Shown: positions 10,131 to 19,181 of the stretch, piece by piece | Layout: every line of letters begins with the position of its first letter | Position numbering within the stretch: position 1 is the stretch's first letter | From: Candidatus Rifleibacteriota bacterium | Lineage (GTDB): Bacteria > Muiribacteriota > Ozemobacteria > Ozemobacterales > Ozemobacteraceae | DNA length: 64,000 bases | Assembly (NCBI GenBank): GCA_012517355.1 | Contig: JAAYVD010000112.1 | Span: forward strand, 2,769 to 66,768 | Direction: 5' to 3' | The notes under the pieces: generated by a model | The model's input: the letters and a program-made list of their open reading frames with translations, nothing else | Told to the model about the DNA's origin: nothing | Database searches by the model: none | Made by a program: the position numbers and the translations under genes

Positions 10131-10461
10131 CCCGGGAGCACCATCCACCCATGGGCCCCGGCGCGGAATTCTTCGGACTGCTGCTCTTTTCCCTCTTCAC
10201 GGGATTGTGCCTCACCCGCACCTGCTTCTCCCTCCTGGAATCCGCCAAAGCGGAAACCCTCCCCCGGCCGGGCCGGCGGGAGAAATGGTGACCCCATCCA
10301 CTTTTACACTCCTCTCTGGATGAGGGTTTCAACGAAGCAAAGCGTCCCCATTCTTCACCGAAAGGCATTCCTGAAAAAGAGGAACACCTTGCCAGAAGGG
10401 AACCCTGGTTCCGCAAGGGTCGGAAAAATCGTCTGATCGCACCCATCCCGGGCGCGGCCGG

Positions 10462-12525
10462 TCAGTCGTAGAGGCGGTGGTAGTTCCACCAGCTGCCCAT
10501 GACCTTCTTGTAGTAGTCGCGGGTCTCGGGCAGCGGCACCCGGTCGAGGCGGTCGAGCACCGGCAGGCGGGCGTGCGGGCCCTGTTCCACCTTGCGCTGG
10601 ATGTTGCCCTGCCCGCCGTTGTAGGAAGCGGCCGCCAGGAACAGGTCGCCGTTGAACAGGTCGCGCAGGTAGCCGAGATACCAGGCCCCGAAGGCGATGT
10701 TGCGATCGGTGTTCCACAGGCTGCTCTTGTCGAACCGGCCCTTGATCCCCAGTTTGCCGGCGATCCATTTCCCCGTCGAGGGCAGGATCTGCATCAGGCC
10801 GTGGGCATCGCTGCGCGACAGGATGGTCGGGTTGAAGTGGCTCTCCTCACGCATGATGGACAGCACCCAGTACGGGTCGAGCCGGTATTTGCGCGCCTCC
10901 AGCTGCACCTTGGCCCAGAACGGCCGCGGGTAGTAGACCTGCCAGGCCCAGGCGGGCAGCTGGCCCCCGGTCTTGCCGGCCTCGAGCATGCCCTTCAGGA
11001 ACCGCTCGCCGATGGCCGTGACCAGGAAGAAATCCTGGGCTGCCTCCGCCGCCTCGAAGGCGGCGCGGGTCAGGGCGGCGTCGGCCGGGGCGGCATCGAG
11101 CCGGAAAAAGATCTCGTCCTTGGCGAACTTCGCGAACGGGCTCTGCAGCAGCGCCCGCCAGGCCGGCACCCGTTTCTTCAGGGCGGCGGGCAGGACCGGG
11201 GGCTTGCCGGCCACGGTGGGCAGGGGCCGGCGCTGGGCGGCGGGGTCGAGCCAGTAGTTGAAGAACGAATGGGGGTAGACCTTGGCCAGCACGGCCAGCA
11301 GGTCGCGGCCGTCCTTGCTGGACAGGCCGAAGGCCAGGGCGGCGTAGCCCAGGGCATCATCGGCGCGATAGTTGCCGGGGAAGGTGCGGGCCAGCAGCAG
11401 CAGGAACGGGGTGGCGAGGGCGGCCTTCCCCGCGTCGTAGCGCTGCAGGCCCATCTCGTAGAGGTGGGCGGGCAGCAGCGGGATGTCGCGTGCCTCGCGG
11501 CACAGGATCTCGGCCTCGCGCAGCGCCTCCGGGTCGAAGCCGGCGGCGGCGGCCGACCGCATCAGGCGATAGCGGGCGGCGACGACGTCGACGGGGGGCT
11601 TGCCGTGGGCCAGGGCCAGGGCGAACTCGGCGATGGCCGGAGCGTGGCGGTCGGCGAAATGCAGGGCATCGCCCTTGACCTGGTGGGCCAGGCCGGCGAG
11701 CCCCCGGTCGAGGCGGGGGGTGGCCAACAGCCGGTCGAGCACGGCCAGGGCGGGGGCCAGCTGCTTGCGCAGCCGCAGGGACTCGGCCTGGACCAGCATC
11801 GTCACGGCCGGTCCGTCGGCCCCCAGGCCGGGGGAGATGGCGGCGGCGGCCCGCTCGGCGGTCGTCCCCAGGCCCTCGCGGCAGGCGCGCAGGAGGATCT
11901 CGAGCCATTCGTCGCGGCCGAACCGGAACCCGTAGGACTCGGCCAGCAGTTTCTTCAGCACGCCCTGCGACTCGGCGACGTCCTGGTAGAACTGGCTTCC
12001 CGAGCGGTAGGCCCGCAGGGCGTTGAGGAGCTGCCGGCCACGGATCTGGGAGGCGGAGGGGTGCAGGTCGGCCAGGGCTTCGGTGGCCCGGCCGCGCTGG
12101 TAGGGGGTCGGCAGGTCGGCGATCAGGGGCATCAGGCGGTCGAGGGCGGCCGGCCCCTCCACCCGCGCGGCGAGCAGCAGGTAGGGGAAGGCGCCGGTGC
12201 GACTCAGCCAGGAACCGGGAAAGGAGGCCAACAGCTTGCGGAAGGTGGTCAGGGCCTCGCCCTCGCGGTTGGCTTGGCGGAGCGACTCGGCCAGCAGGTA
12301 CAGGCGGACGTCCTCGAGCAGCGGCGAGGTTCCCATCTTCTGCAGCACCGGCACCAGTTCGGCGAAACGGCTCTTCGCCCACAGGGCATGGACCTGGTGC
12401 AGGCGGCCCTCCAGGGGTTGGGCCGTGGCGGGTTGGGTCGCCCAGGCGGCCAGGACGACGAGGCAGGAGAAGGCGAACAACGGGATTCGCCTGGCAGGCC
12501 GGCGAAACGGGACGAGCGTAACCAT
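10462..12525 (-). CDS. slt: Soluble lytic murein transglycosylase (Slt70-like, TPR/alpha-superhelix plus SLT domain)
   Basis: IMREESHF, AHGLMQILPST, ASYNGGQG, ETRDYYKKV; signal peptide; GGAGG RBS before ATG 12525. Confidence 0.92.
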   Translation of the reverse strand: MVTLVPFRRPARRIPLFAFSCLVVLAAWATQPATAQPLEGRLHQVHALWAKSRFAELVPVLQKMGTSPLLEDVRLYLLAESLRQANREGEALTTFRKLLASFPGSWLSRTGAFPYLLLAARVEGPAALDRLMPLIADLPTPYQRGRATEALADLHPSASQIRGRQLLNALRAYRSGSQFYQDVAESQGVLKKLLAESYGFRFGRDEWLEILLRACREGLGTTAERAAAAISPGLGADGPAVTMLVQAESLRLRKQLAPALAVLDRLLATPRLDRGLAGLAHQVKGDALHFADRHAPAIAEFALALAHGKPPVDVVAARYRLMRSAAAAGFDPEALREAEILCREARDIPLLPAHLYEMGLQRYDAGKAALATPFLLLLARTFPGNYRADDALGYAALAFGLSSKDGRDLLAVLAKVYPHSFFNYWLDPAAQRRPLPTVAGKPPVLPAALKKRVPAWRALLQSPFAKFAKDEIFFRLDAAPADAALTRAAFEAAEAAQDFFLVTAIGERFLKGMLEAGKTGGQLPAWAWQVYYPRPFWAKVQLEARKYRLDPYWVLSIMREESHFNPTILSRSDAHGLMQILPSTGKWIAGKLGIKGRFDKSSLWNTDRNIAFGAWYLGYLRDLFNGDLFLAAASYNGGQGNIQRKVEQGPHARLPVLDRLDRVPLPETRDYYKKVMGSWWNYHRLYD

Positions 12526-12775
12526 GTGGGAACCTCCGTGTCTGGGGGTGCGTGGCATGGTTGTACCGCAAATGCCTGCCATGTTCAAGGGACCGACGGC
12601 GTTTGAAGACCCGGACCCGCTTGGGGGGACGGAATTGGGCGCGGGAAGCCAGCATCGCCGCTCCATCGCGGATCCCGGGCGGGAGGTTCCCATTGCATTC
12701 GGGCCGGAATTCTAGTATATGTACTGGACTTCCACCGATCATCACCGGTTTTGATACCGCACCGAGGAGAAAACC

Positions 12776-14863
12776 ATGAAGCTCTACACCCCCGACAAGA
12801 TCCGGAACATCGGCCTGGTGTCGCACGGCGGCGCCGGCAAGACCACCCTGGCCGAGGCGATGCTGTTCCACACGGGCGCCAACACCCGGATCGGGAAGGT
12901 CGACGACGGCACCTCCCTGATGAACTACGACCCCGAAGAAATCAAACGGAAGGCGACGGTGGGCACCTCGCTGGCCGCCCTCGAGTGGAAGGATCACAAG
13001 ATCAACCTGCTGGACACCCCGGGCTTCGACGATTTCGTCGGCGAGGTCTACAAGGTCCTGCTGGCCATGGACGTCGCCATCATGGTGGTCAACGCCAGCG
13101 CCGGGGTCGAGGTGGGCACCGAGAAGAACTGGAAGGTGCTCAACACCCACAACGTGCCGCGCATCGTCTTTTTGAGCAAGCTCGACAAGGAGAACCTGAA
13201 CGTCGCCAAGATCCTCGACGATCTGGCCGCCTTCGACAAGAAGATCGTCCCCCTGCAGATCCCGTGGGGAACGGCCGCCAACCTGAAGGGCGTCATCGAC
13301 CTGCTCGAGATGAAGGCCTACGCCTACACCGACGACACCGGCAAGAAGGTCGAACAGAAGGAGATCCCCGCCGAGCTGAAGGATCTCGCCACCAAGCTGC
13401 ACGACAGCATGGTCGAGTCGATCGTCGAGTGCGACGACGCCCTCATGGAGAAGTTCTTCGGCGGCGAGACGATCGCCCTGCCCGACCTGAAGGCCGCCCT
13501 CAAGAAGGGCCTGGCCGCCAACACGATCAAGCCCCTGCTGTGCGGCATGTCCCTCAAGAACATCGGCACCGACCGCCTCCTCGATTTCCTGATCGAGAGC
13601 GTCCCCTCCCCGCTCGAGCGGGCCCCCATCCCCGCCCACGAGCCCGGCAAGCCCGACGCCAAGGTGGCTCTCGAGGCGAAGGAGAACGGCCCGGCCGTCG
13701 CCTTCATCTTCAAGAAGATCAACGAGCAGGCCGGCGACATGATCTTCCTGCGCGCCGTCAGCGGGAAGCTGACCGGCGGCACCGACCTGTTCAACCCCGC
13801 CCGCGACCAGAGCGAGCGCATCGGCAACTTCTTCACCCTGCGCGGCAAGAACCGCCTCGACCTCGACGCCCTGGTCGCCGGCGACATCGCCCTGCTGGTC
13901 AAGCCGAAGGTCTCCCTGCGCGGCGACACCCTGTGCGACAAGGCGAAGCCGGTGGTCATCCCGGTTCCCGAGCTGCCCGCCCCCAAGCTGACCTACGCGG
14001 TGAACCCCCGCACCAAGCAGGACCAGGAGAAGATGGGAACGGGCCTGAACATGCTGTGCGCCGACGACGGCGTGCTCAAGTACGAGTTCGACCCCGAGCT
14101 CGGCCAGGGCCTGATCTCCGGCATGGGCGACACCCACATCGACGTGGCCGTTTCCCGCCTGAAGGCCCGCTGGAACGTCGACGTCGACATCGCCAAGCCC
14201 AAGATCCCCTACCGCGAGACGATCAAGGGCAAGTCCCGCGTCCAGGGCAAGCACAAGAAGCAATCGGGCGGCCGCGGTCAGTACGGCGACGTCTGGCTGG
14301 CCTTCGAACCCCTGCCCGGTGGCGACTTCGAGTTCGTCGATGCCATCGTCGGCGGCACGGTCCCCAAGAACTTCATCCCCGCCGTCGAGAAGGGCCTGCA
14401 GGAGGCCCGCAAGCGCGGCCCCATCGCCGGGTTCCACACCATCGGCTTCAAGGCCACCCTCGACTTCGGCTCCTACCACGACGTCGACTCTTCGGAACTG
14501 GCGTTCAAACTGGCCGCCACCATCGCCTTCAAGAAGGGCATCGCCGAAGCCAAGCCGATCCTGCTCGAGCCCATCTACGAGGTCGCGGTCATGACCCCCG
14601 ACTCCTACATGGGTACCGTCATCGGTGACCTCAACAGCCGCCGCGGCCGCATCCTGGGCATGGAACCCACCGGCGACCAGCAACTGGTCAAGGCCCACGT
14701 GCCCCTGGCCGAGATGTACAAGTATGCCACCGACCTCAAGTCGATGACCCAGTCCCGCGCCGACTTCGTCATGAAGTTCGACCACTACGAGGAAGTCCCG
14801 GGCAACGTCACCGAAAGCATCGTCAAGGAATACGGCCGCAAGGAGGCCGAGGAGGAGGAGTAA
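12776..14863 (+). CDS. fusA: Elongation factor G paralogue (EF-G2/EF-G-like)
   Basis: RNIGLVSHGGAGKTT, DTPGF, GMGDTH, KQSGGRGQYG, GSYHDVDSS, LLEPIYEV; not in the str operon. Confidence 0.93.
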   Translation: MKLYTPDKIRNIGLVSHGGAGKTTLAEAMLFHTGANTRIGKVDDGTSLMNYDPEEIKRKATVGTSLAALEWKDHKINLLDTPGFDDFVGEVYKVLLAMDVAIMVVNASAGVEVGTEKNWKVLNTHNVPRIVFLSKLDKENLNVAKILDDLAAFDKKIVPLQIPWGTAANLKGVIDLLEMKAYAYTDDTGKKVEQKEIPAELKDLATKLHDSMVESIVECDDALMEKFFGGETIALPDLKAALKKGLAANTIKPLLCGMSLKNIGTDRLLDFLIESVPSPLERAPIPAHEPGKPDAKVALEAKENGPAVAFIFKKINEQAGDMIFLRAVSGKLTGGTDLFNPARDQSERIGNFFTLRGKNRLDLDALVAGDIALLVKPKVSLRGDTLCDKAKPVVIPVPELPAPKLTYAVNPRTKQDQEKMGTGLNMLCADDGVLKYEFDPELGQGLISGMGDTHIDVAVSRLKARWNVDVDIAKPKIPYRETIKGKSRVQGKHKKQSGGRGQYGDVWLAFEPLPGGDFEFVDAIVGGTVPKNFIPAVEKGLQEARKRGPIAGFHTIGFKATLDFGSYHDVDSSELAFKLAATIAFKKGIAEAKPILLEPIYEVAVMTPDSYMGTVIGDLNSRRGRILGMEPTGDQQLVKAHVPLAEMYKYATDLKSMTQSRADFVMKFDHYEEVPGNVTESIVKEYGRKEAEEEE

Positions 14864-14881
14864 CCCCCCGCCCGCCCATCC

Positions 14882-14910
14882 ACACCCCGCCCCACCCGGG
14901 CGGGGTGTTT
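14882..14910 (+). terminator. Probable intrinsic terminator after fusA
   Basis: 11-bp stem ACACCCCGCCC/GGGCGGGGTGT, 5-nt loop, short T run. Confidence 0.55.
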
Positions 14911-14975
14911 GCTGTGGGGGCCGCCATCAGGACCACCATCGGGCGACCGGCCCCGCCGGCCAAGGAGAGCAGATC

Positions 14976-15446
14976 ATGGAAGACCAGACCACCGCCATCG
15001 CCGGGCAGCTGCTCGGAATCGCCCTCGCCGCCGGCGACCCCGCCGATCTCGAGGCCGCCTTCGCCAACGCCCCCCACCTGCGGGAAGGCACCCGCCGGGG
15101 TCTGGCCAACGGATCGGACGAGATGGCCGCCTTCCGGATCGCCGCGGCGGCCGCCTTCATCGCCCGCCACACCCGCCCCGACCGGCAGGAACCCCTGCTG
15201 GACGCCTTCATCGCCCAGGCCCGCGACCGGCTGCCCCGGGCCTGGCCCCTGCTGACCGACCAGCGCCTGGGGATCATCCTGGCCAAGGCCCGGATGAAGA
15301 CCCGCCCCGACCTCCTGGCCGCCGAGATCGCCGCCCTCCTCAAGCCGGGCGATGTCCCGTTCCGCGAGGATGGCGCCGCCGTCGGCCCGTTCCTCGAAGG
15401 CCAGTGGACCGGGGTCCTGGTCGCCGTCCAATGGTACCAGCCGTAA
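14976..15446 (+). CDS. Hypothetical protein
   Basis: 156 aa; AAGGAG RBS; typical GC3 bias. Confidence 0.75.
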   Translation: MEDQTTAIAGQLLGIALAAGDPADLEAAFANAPHLREGTRRGLANGSDEMAAFRIAAAAAFIARHTRPDRQEPLLDAFIAQARDRLPRAWPLLTDQRLGIILAKARMKTRPDLLAAEIAALLKPGDVPFREDGAAVGPFLEGQWTGVLVAVQWYQP

Positions 15447-15626
15447 GGCCGACGGGACCCGCGCCCACGGGCGCGGCGACCCGCGCCACCCCGCGGCCAG
15501 CCGCCGGGGCCGTGACCACCGCGACACGACCCACGGCCGGGCCCGTCGCAACCGGCGCCGGGGACGGGGCCCGGTGACCCGGAGACGCAGCGGCGTCAGC
15601 CGCCGCCGGCGCTGGGGCGGCGCGGC

Positions 15627-17036
15627 ATGAACCTCCTGGCCCGCCTCCCGCCGGGACTGCTGGCCGACGTCGGGCCGGCGCTGATGGTCAGCGCCGTGTT
15701 CATGGCCATCTTCGGCCTCGCCGAGCTGCTGCGCGGCTTCAACCTCTGCTCGAAGGAGATGAGCCGCAAGTTCGTCCACCTGGCGGCCGGGGTGGTGGCC
15801 ACCACCTTCGCCTACGTCTTCACCTCGCACTGGACGCTGCTGGTCATGTGCGCGGCCTTCGTCGTGCTGGTCAAGGCGGGGAAGGCTTTCGACCTGCTGC
15901 CCTCCATCCACGGGGTGAGCCGGCAGTCCTGGGGCGCGGTGCTGCACCCGGTGGCGATCTACCTCACCTTCGTGACCTGCGCCGCGATGCGGCGGCCCGA
16001 ATACTACGTCATCGCCACCCTGGTGCTGTCCGTCTCGGACGCTCTGGCTGCCCTGATCGGCAAGGCCTACGGGTTCAAGATCTACGAGGTCGAGACGGAG
16101 GAGGGGAGGAAGAGCGTCGAGGGCTCGGTCATCTTCCTGCTGTCGACCTTCATCATCGTCCACCTCGGGCTGCTGCTGCTCACCGACACCGGTCGCCTCG
16201 AATGCGTGCTGTCGGCGATCGTCATCGCCATCCTGGTCACCATCTTCGAAGCGCTGTCGCTGGGCGGGGCGGACAACTTCTTCATCCCCTTCGGCACCCT
16301 GTTCGTGCTGATGAAACTGGCCCACGCCCCGGTCGCCATGCTGGCCTTCCGGGTCGGCCTGATCCTCTTCACGATGGGCTCGACCCTGCTGTTCGCGGTC
16401 GTCTCGGGGAAGTTCGGCACCTCGGGCGTCATCGGCATCGGCCTGGTCGGCTACGGCTGCTGGATCCTCGTCGCCTGGCACTGGTACATCCCCATCCTGA
16501 TCACCACCCTGCTGCTGGCCTTCACCGACCTCTTCATCGAGACCCGCGACGACGAGGAACCGGACCAGGTCCGCGTCCGGCCCGTCTTCTACATGTTCAT
16601 CGTCTCGTTCGCCTGGCTGCTGGTGGGCAGCTTCTTCCAGCACCTGGTGCGGCCCCTGACCGTTCCTTTTTTGATCACCATCACGGCCGCCCTCAGCGTG
16701 CGGTGGGCCTGGCAGATCCGCAGCCAACGCCCCGACCCCGCCGACACCCGGCCCCGCTGGCTGGTCCGCCCCGGCTTCGTCGGCCGCGCCTTCCTGCTGA
16801 CCGTCATCTACCTGGCCTTCCACCTGGCGATACGGGATTTCGGCCTGGAACCGGTCTTCTCGTTCCTCTCCCTCTGGATCGGAACGATGCTCGGCGACCG
16901 GCTCTACTGGGCCATCGGCGGCCGGCACCTGGGCCAATGGGCCCGTGTCGACTTCCTGCGGATGGGGATGGTCGTGATCCTGTTCACCTCGGCCCTGGTG
17001 TTCTGGGCGAACCTGGCCTACTACCAGGCCCGCTGA
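15627..17036 (+). CDS. Polytopic membrane protein, phytol/dolichol kinase (CTP-transferase-like) family
   Basis: SRKFVHL, SDALAALIG, RKSVEGS, GADNFFIP motifs; many TM helices. Confidence 0.85.
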   Translation: MNLLARLPPGLLADVGPALMVSAVFMAIFGLAELLRGFNLCSKEMSRKFVHLAAGVVATTFAYVFTSHWTLLVMCAAFVVLVKAGKAFDLLPSIHGVSRQSWGAVLHPVAIYLTFVTCAAMRRPEYYVIATLVLSVSDALAALIGKAYGFKIYEVETEEGRKSVEGSVIFLLSTFIIVHLGLLLLTDTGRLECVLSAIVIAILVTIFEALSLGGADNFFIPFGTLFVLMKLAHAPVAMLAFRVGLILFTMGSTLLFAVVSGKFGTSGVIGIGLVGYGCWILVAWHWYIPILITTLLLAFTDLFIETRDDEEPDQVRVRPVFYMFIVSFAWLLVGSFFQHLVRPLTVPFLITITAALSVRWAWQIRSQRPDPADTRPRWLVRPGFVGRAFLLTVIYLAFHLAIRDFGLEPVFSFLSLWIGTMLGDRLYWAIGGRHLGQWARVDFLRMGMVVILFTSALVFWANLAYYQAR

Positions 17037-17061
17037 GCGGGCGAGGCCACCAGAGCTCGGT

Positions 17062-19176
17062 TCAGGGGGCCGCGGGGGCCGTGGCAGCGTCTGCGGCTGC
17101 GTCGCGAGGGGCCACCGGGGCGGTGGCAGAGGCTGGGGCGGCCGGGACGGCCGCCGAAGCGGTGGGCAGGGCGGGCGGGCCGACGAAGGTGATGAGGCCG
17201 GCGGGCGGCGGGGAGATCCGTTCGTGGCGCTTCAGCCAGGCCAGGAGGGCATCGCGCATCAGGAATCCGGTCTCCTGGCGGCGGGCCGCTTCCCGAAAGA
17301 GTTCGCGGCCGTTCTGGTTGCCGTCGGCCAGGTAGTTGATGGTGACGACCCGATAGTCCTTCGCCGCTTCCAGCGGCCGGCCGCCGACGCGGATGTCGCG
17401 CACCTCGCGCCGGTCGAGATCGTAGGTGGCAGTGAGGCCGGCGTATTGGTAGCCGGTGATCTGCCCGTAGTTGGCGCAGATGAACTGCAGCATCGCCTGC
17501 ACCGCCGCCCCGTTCATCGTGAGGACGACCAGCGTGTTGTCGAAGGGCAGCACCTGGAACACCCGGCCCATGGTGACCGGGCCGGCAGGAATGGCGTCGC
17601 GGATCGAGCCCGAATTCATGATGGCCAGGTCGGCCCCGGTGAATTCACGCATCGTCTCGCAGATGAAGGTGCCCAGGGGCAGGTCGCGCTCGTGCTTCTC
17701 CACCTCGGGGTAGGGCAGGTCCTCCAGGCAGGTGCCGACGATCTGGGTGGTCTGGGCGCGGATCCGTTCCTCGTATTTCGAAACCAGGCGGGCCACGGGG
17801 GAGTCGAGCGGCACCGTGACCGAGGCGTCGATCGGGACCAGGCGGCCGGACCAGGCCTGCAGACCGGCGGGGCCGAACCCCAGGTCGAGCCGGCCAAGGT
17901 AGTAGCCCCATTTGAACGCCTGCACCACCAGGGTACCCACGGGGCGGGAGCCGCCGGCCGGTCGCGGCCCGCCCACCACCACGGTGGGTTCGGCCTTCAC
18001 CAGCACCGGGCTCTCGAGATAGGTGTTGGTGTGACCGCCGATGATCACGTCGAGGCCGGGCAGGTCGGCGGCCAACTGCTGGTCGCCCTCGTAGCCGGAA
18101 TGGGAAAGGAGGACGACGAGGTCGGCGGACGGCCGCAGCCTGGCCAGCAAAGGGGCCAGAGCCTCCCGGGGTTCGACGAACTCGTACCCCTGCCGGCGGT
18201 TCTCGGGGATGACCGACCAGGCCTCGCTGCCGATGCAGCCCAGGACGGCGATCTGGCGGCCGGCCCGCTCGAACAGGCGGTAGGTGGGGAAGACCGGCCG
18301 GCGGGTGTCGGCGTGCAGGATGTTGGCGCACAGCAGGGGGAACCCGGCAGTCTTGTACTTTTCTATCAGATGTGTCATGCCATCGTCGAGTTCGTGGTTG
18401 CCCATGGTGGTGGCATCGTAGCCCATGAGAGCGAATGCGGCGAGGTCGACCTCCCCCTTGAAGAAGGTGTAGAACGAGGTGCCCTGGAAGATGTCGCCCC
18501 CGTCGAACAGCAGCACGTGGGGCTCGGCGGCGCGGATGGCGCGGATGACCTCGGCGCGGCGGGCGATGCCGCCCAGGTCCTTGCCGAAGGCGGGCATGTC
18601 GAAGGGAAGGAGGTGGGCGTGGGTGTCGTTGGTGTAGAGGATGGTCAGGGTGGCGACGTCAGGCCGCGGCACCGCGGTGGGGCTGGCCACGGCGGCGGCG
18701 GAACCCGGCCCCCTGGCGGTGCTGCCGGGCGGCGGGGCGGGCAGGGGCGGCGGCACCGGGACACCGGGCGCGGCGGGGACCGCTTCCGGGCCGGCGGAAG
18801 AGCCGGTCGGCCCTCTGGCGAGGCGCGTAGCGGGCAGTCCGGGCCGGCCCTCGCGGAGGCCTGGGGCTCTCTCCGACCACACATCGGTCGGGGCGGGGAA
18901 GGGAATGCCGGAGGCCGCGACGACAGCAGGAGGAATGGCGGCTCCCGCGAGGGGAGGGGCGGGCTGATCGGCGGCCAGCAGGCCGGCCAGGAGGACGAGG
19001 GGCAGGAGGGTCGTCAGGAGGATGGGCAGGGCGGGTCGCGCCACCCGGCGGGGGCGGCCGCCGGGGAACCCACTGGTGATGAGCGGAACGGACGTTTCGC
19101 GCCGGCCTTCGCGGCGGCCAAGGGGCCCTTCCGACATCGTGCCGGTCGGGGGGGCAGACGGGCGGCGGCACACCAT
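17062..19176 (-). CDS. Exported bifunctional metallophosphatase/5'-nucleotidase (UshA-like) with long low-complexity N-terminus
   Basis: ILYTNDTHA, DGGDIFQG, MGNHELD, LSHSG, IIGGHTN, NSGSIR..PFDN; GGAGGAGGTGA RBS before ATG 19176. Confidence 0.9.
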   Translation of the reverse strand: MVCRRPSAPPTGTMSEGPLGRREGRRETSVPLITSGFPGGRPRRVARPALPILLTTLLPLVLLAGLLAADQPAPPLAGAAIPPAVVAASGIPFPAPTDVWSERAPGLREGRPGLPATRLARGPTGSSAGPEAVPAAPGVPVPPPLPAPPPGSTARGPGSAAAVASPTAVPRPDVATLTILYTNDTHAHLLPFDMPAFGKDLGGIARRAEVIRAIRAAEPHVLLFDGGDIFQGTSFYTFFKGEVDLAAFALMGYDATTMGNHELDDGMTHLIEKYKTAGFPLLCANILHADTRRPVFPTYRLFERAGRQIAVLGCIGSEAWSVIPENRRQGYEFVEPREALAPLLARLRPSADLVVLLSHSGYEGDQQLAADLPGLDVIIGGHTNTYLESPVLVKAEPTVVVGGPRPAGGSRPVGTLVVQAFKWGYYLGRLDLGFGPAGLQAWSGRLVPIDASVTVPLDSPVARLVSKYEERIRAQTTQIVGTCLEDLPYPEVEKHERDLPLGTFICETMREFTGADLAIMNSGSIRDAIPAGPVTMGRVFQVLPFDNTLVVLTMNGAAVQAMLQFICANYGQITGYQYAGLTATYDLDRREVRDIRVGGRPLEAAKDYRVVTINYLADGNQNGRELFREAARRQETGFLMRDALLAWLKRHERISPPPAGLITFVGPPALPTASAAVPAAPASATAPVAPRDAAADAATAPAAP
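18809..18891 (+). repeat. Highly degenerate 81-bp repeat copy inside the 5'-nucleotidase CDS (antisense to gene)
   Basis: ggccctctggcgaggcgcgtagcgggc...ggggctctctccgaccacacatcggtcgg aligns loosely with the consensus. Confidence 0.5.
19066..19149 (+). repeat. 81-bp repeat copy inside the 5' end of the 5'-nucleotidase CDS (antisense to gene)
   Basis: cgtttcgcgccggccttcgcggcggccaaggggcccttccgacatcgtgccggtcgg. Confidence 0.85.
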
Positions 19177-19181
19177 GGGGG

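Noticed and set aside
10320-10380. Possible c-di-GMP-I riboswitch (minus strand gaatggggacgc)
   Set aside because: Lacks GCAAAC and GCAAAG elements; lies downstream of convergent genes
12693-12721. fusA promoter TTGCAT-17 bp-TATATG
   Set aside because: -10 box lacks the conserved final T; plausible but too weak to list
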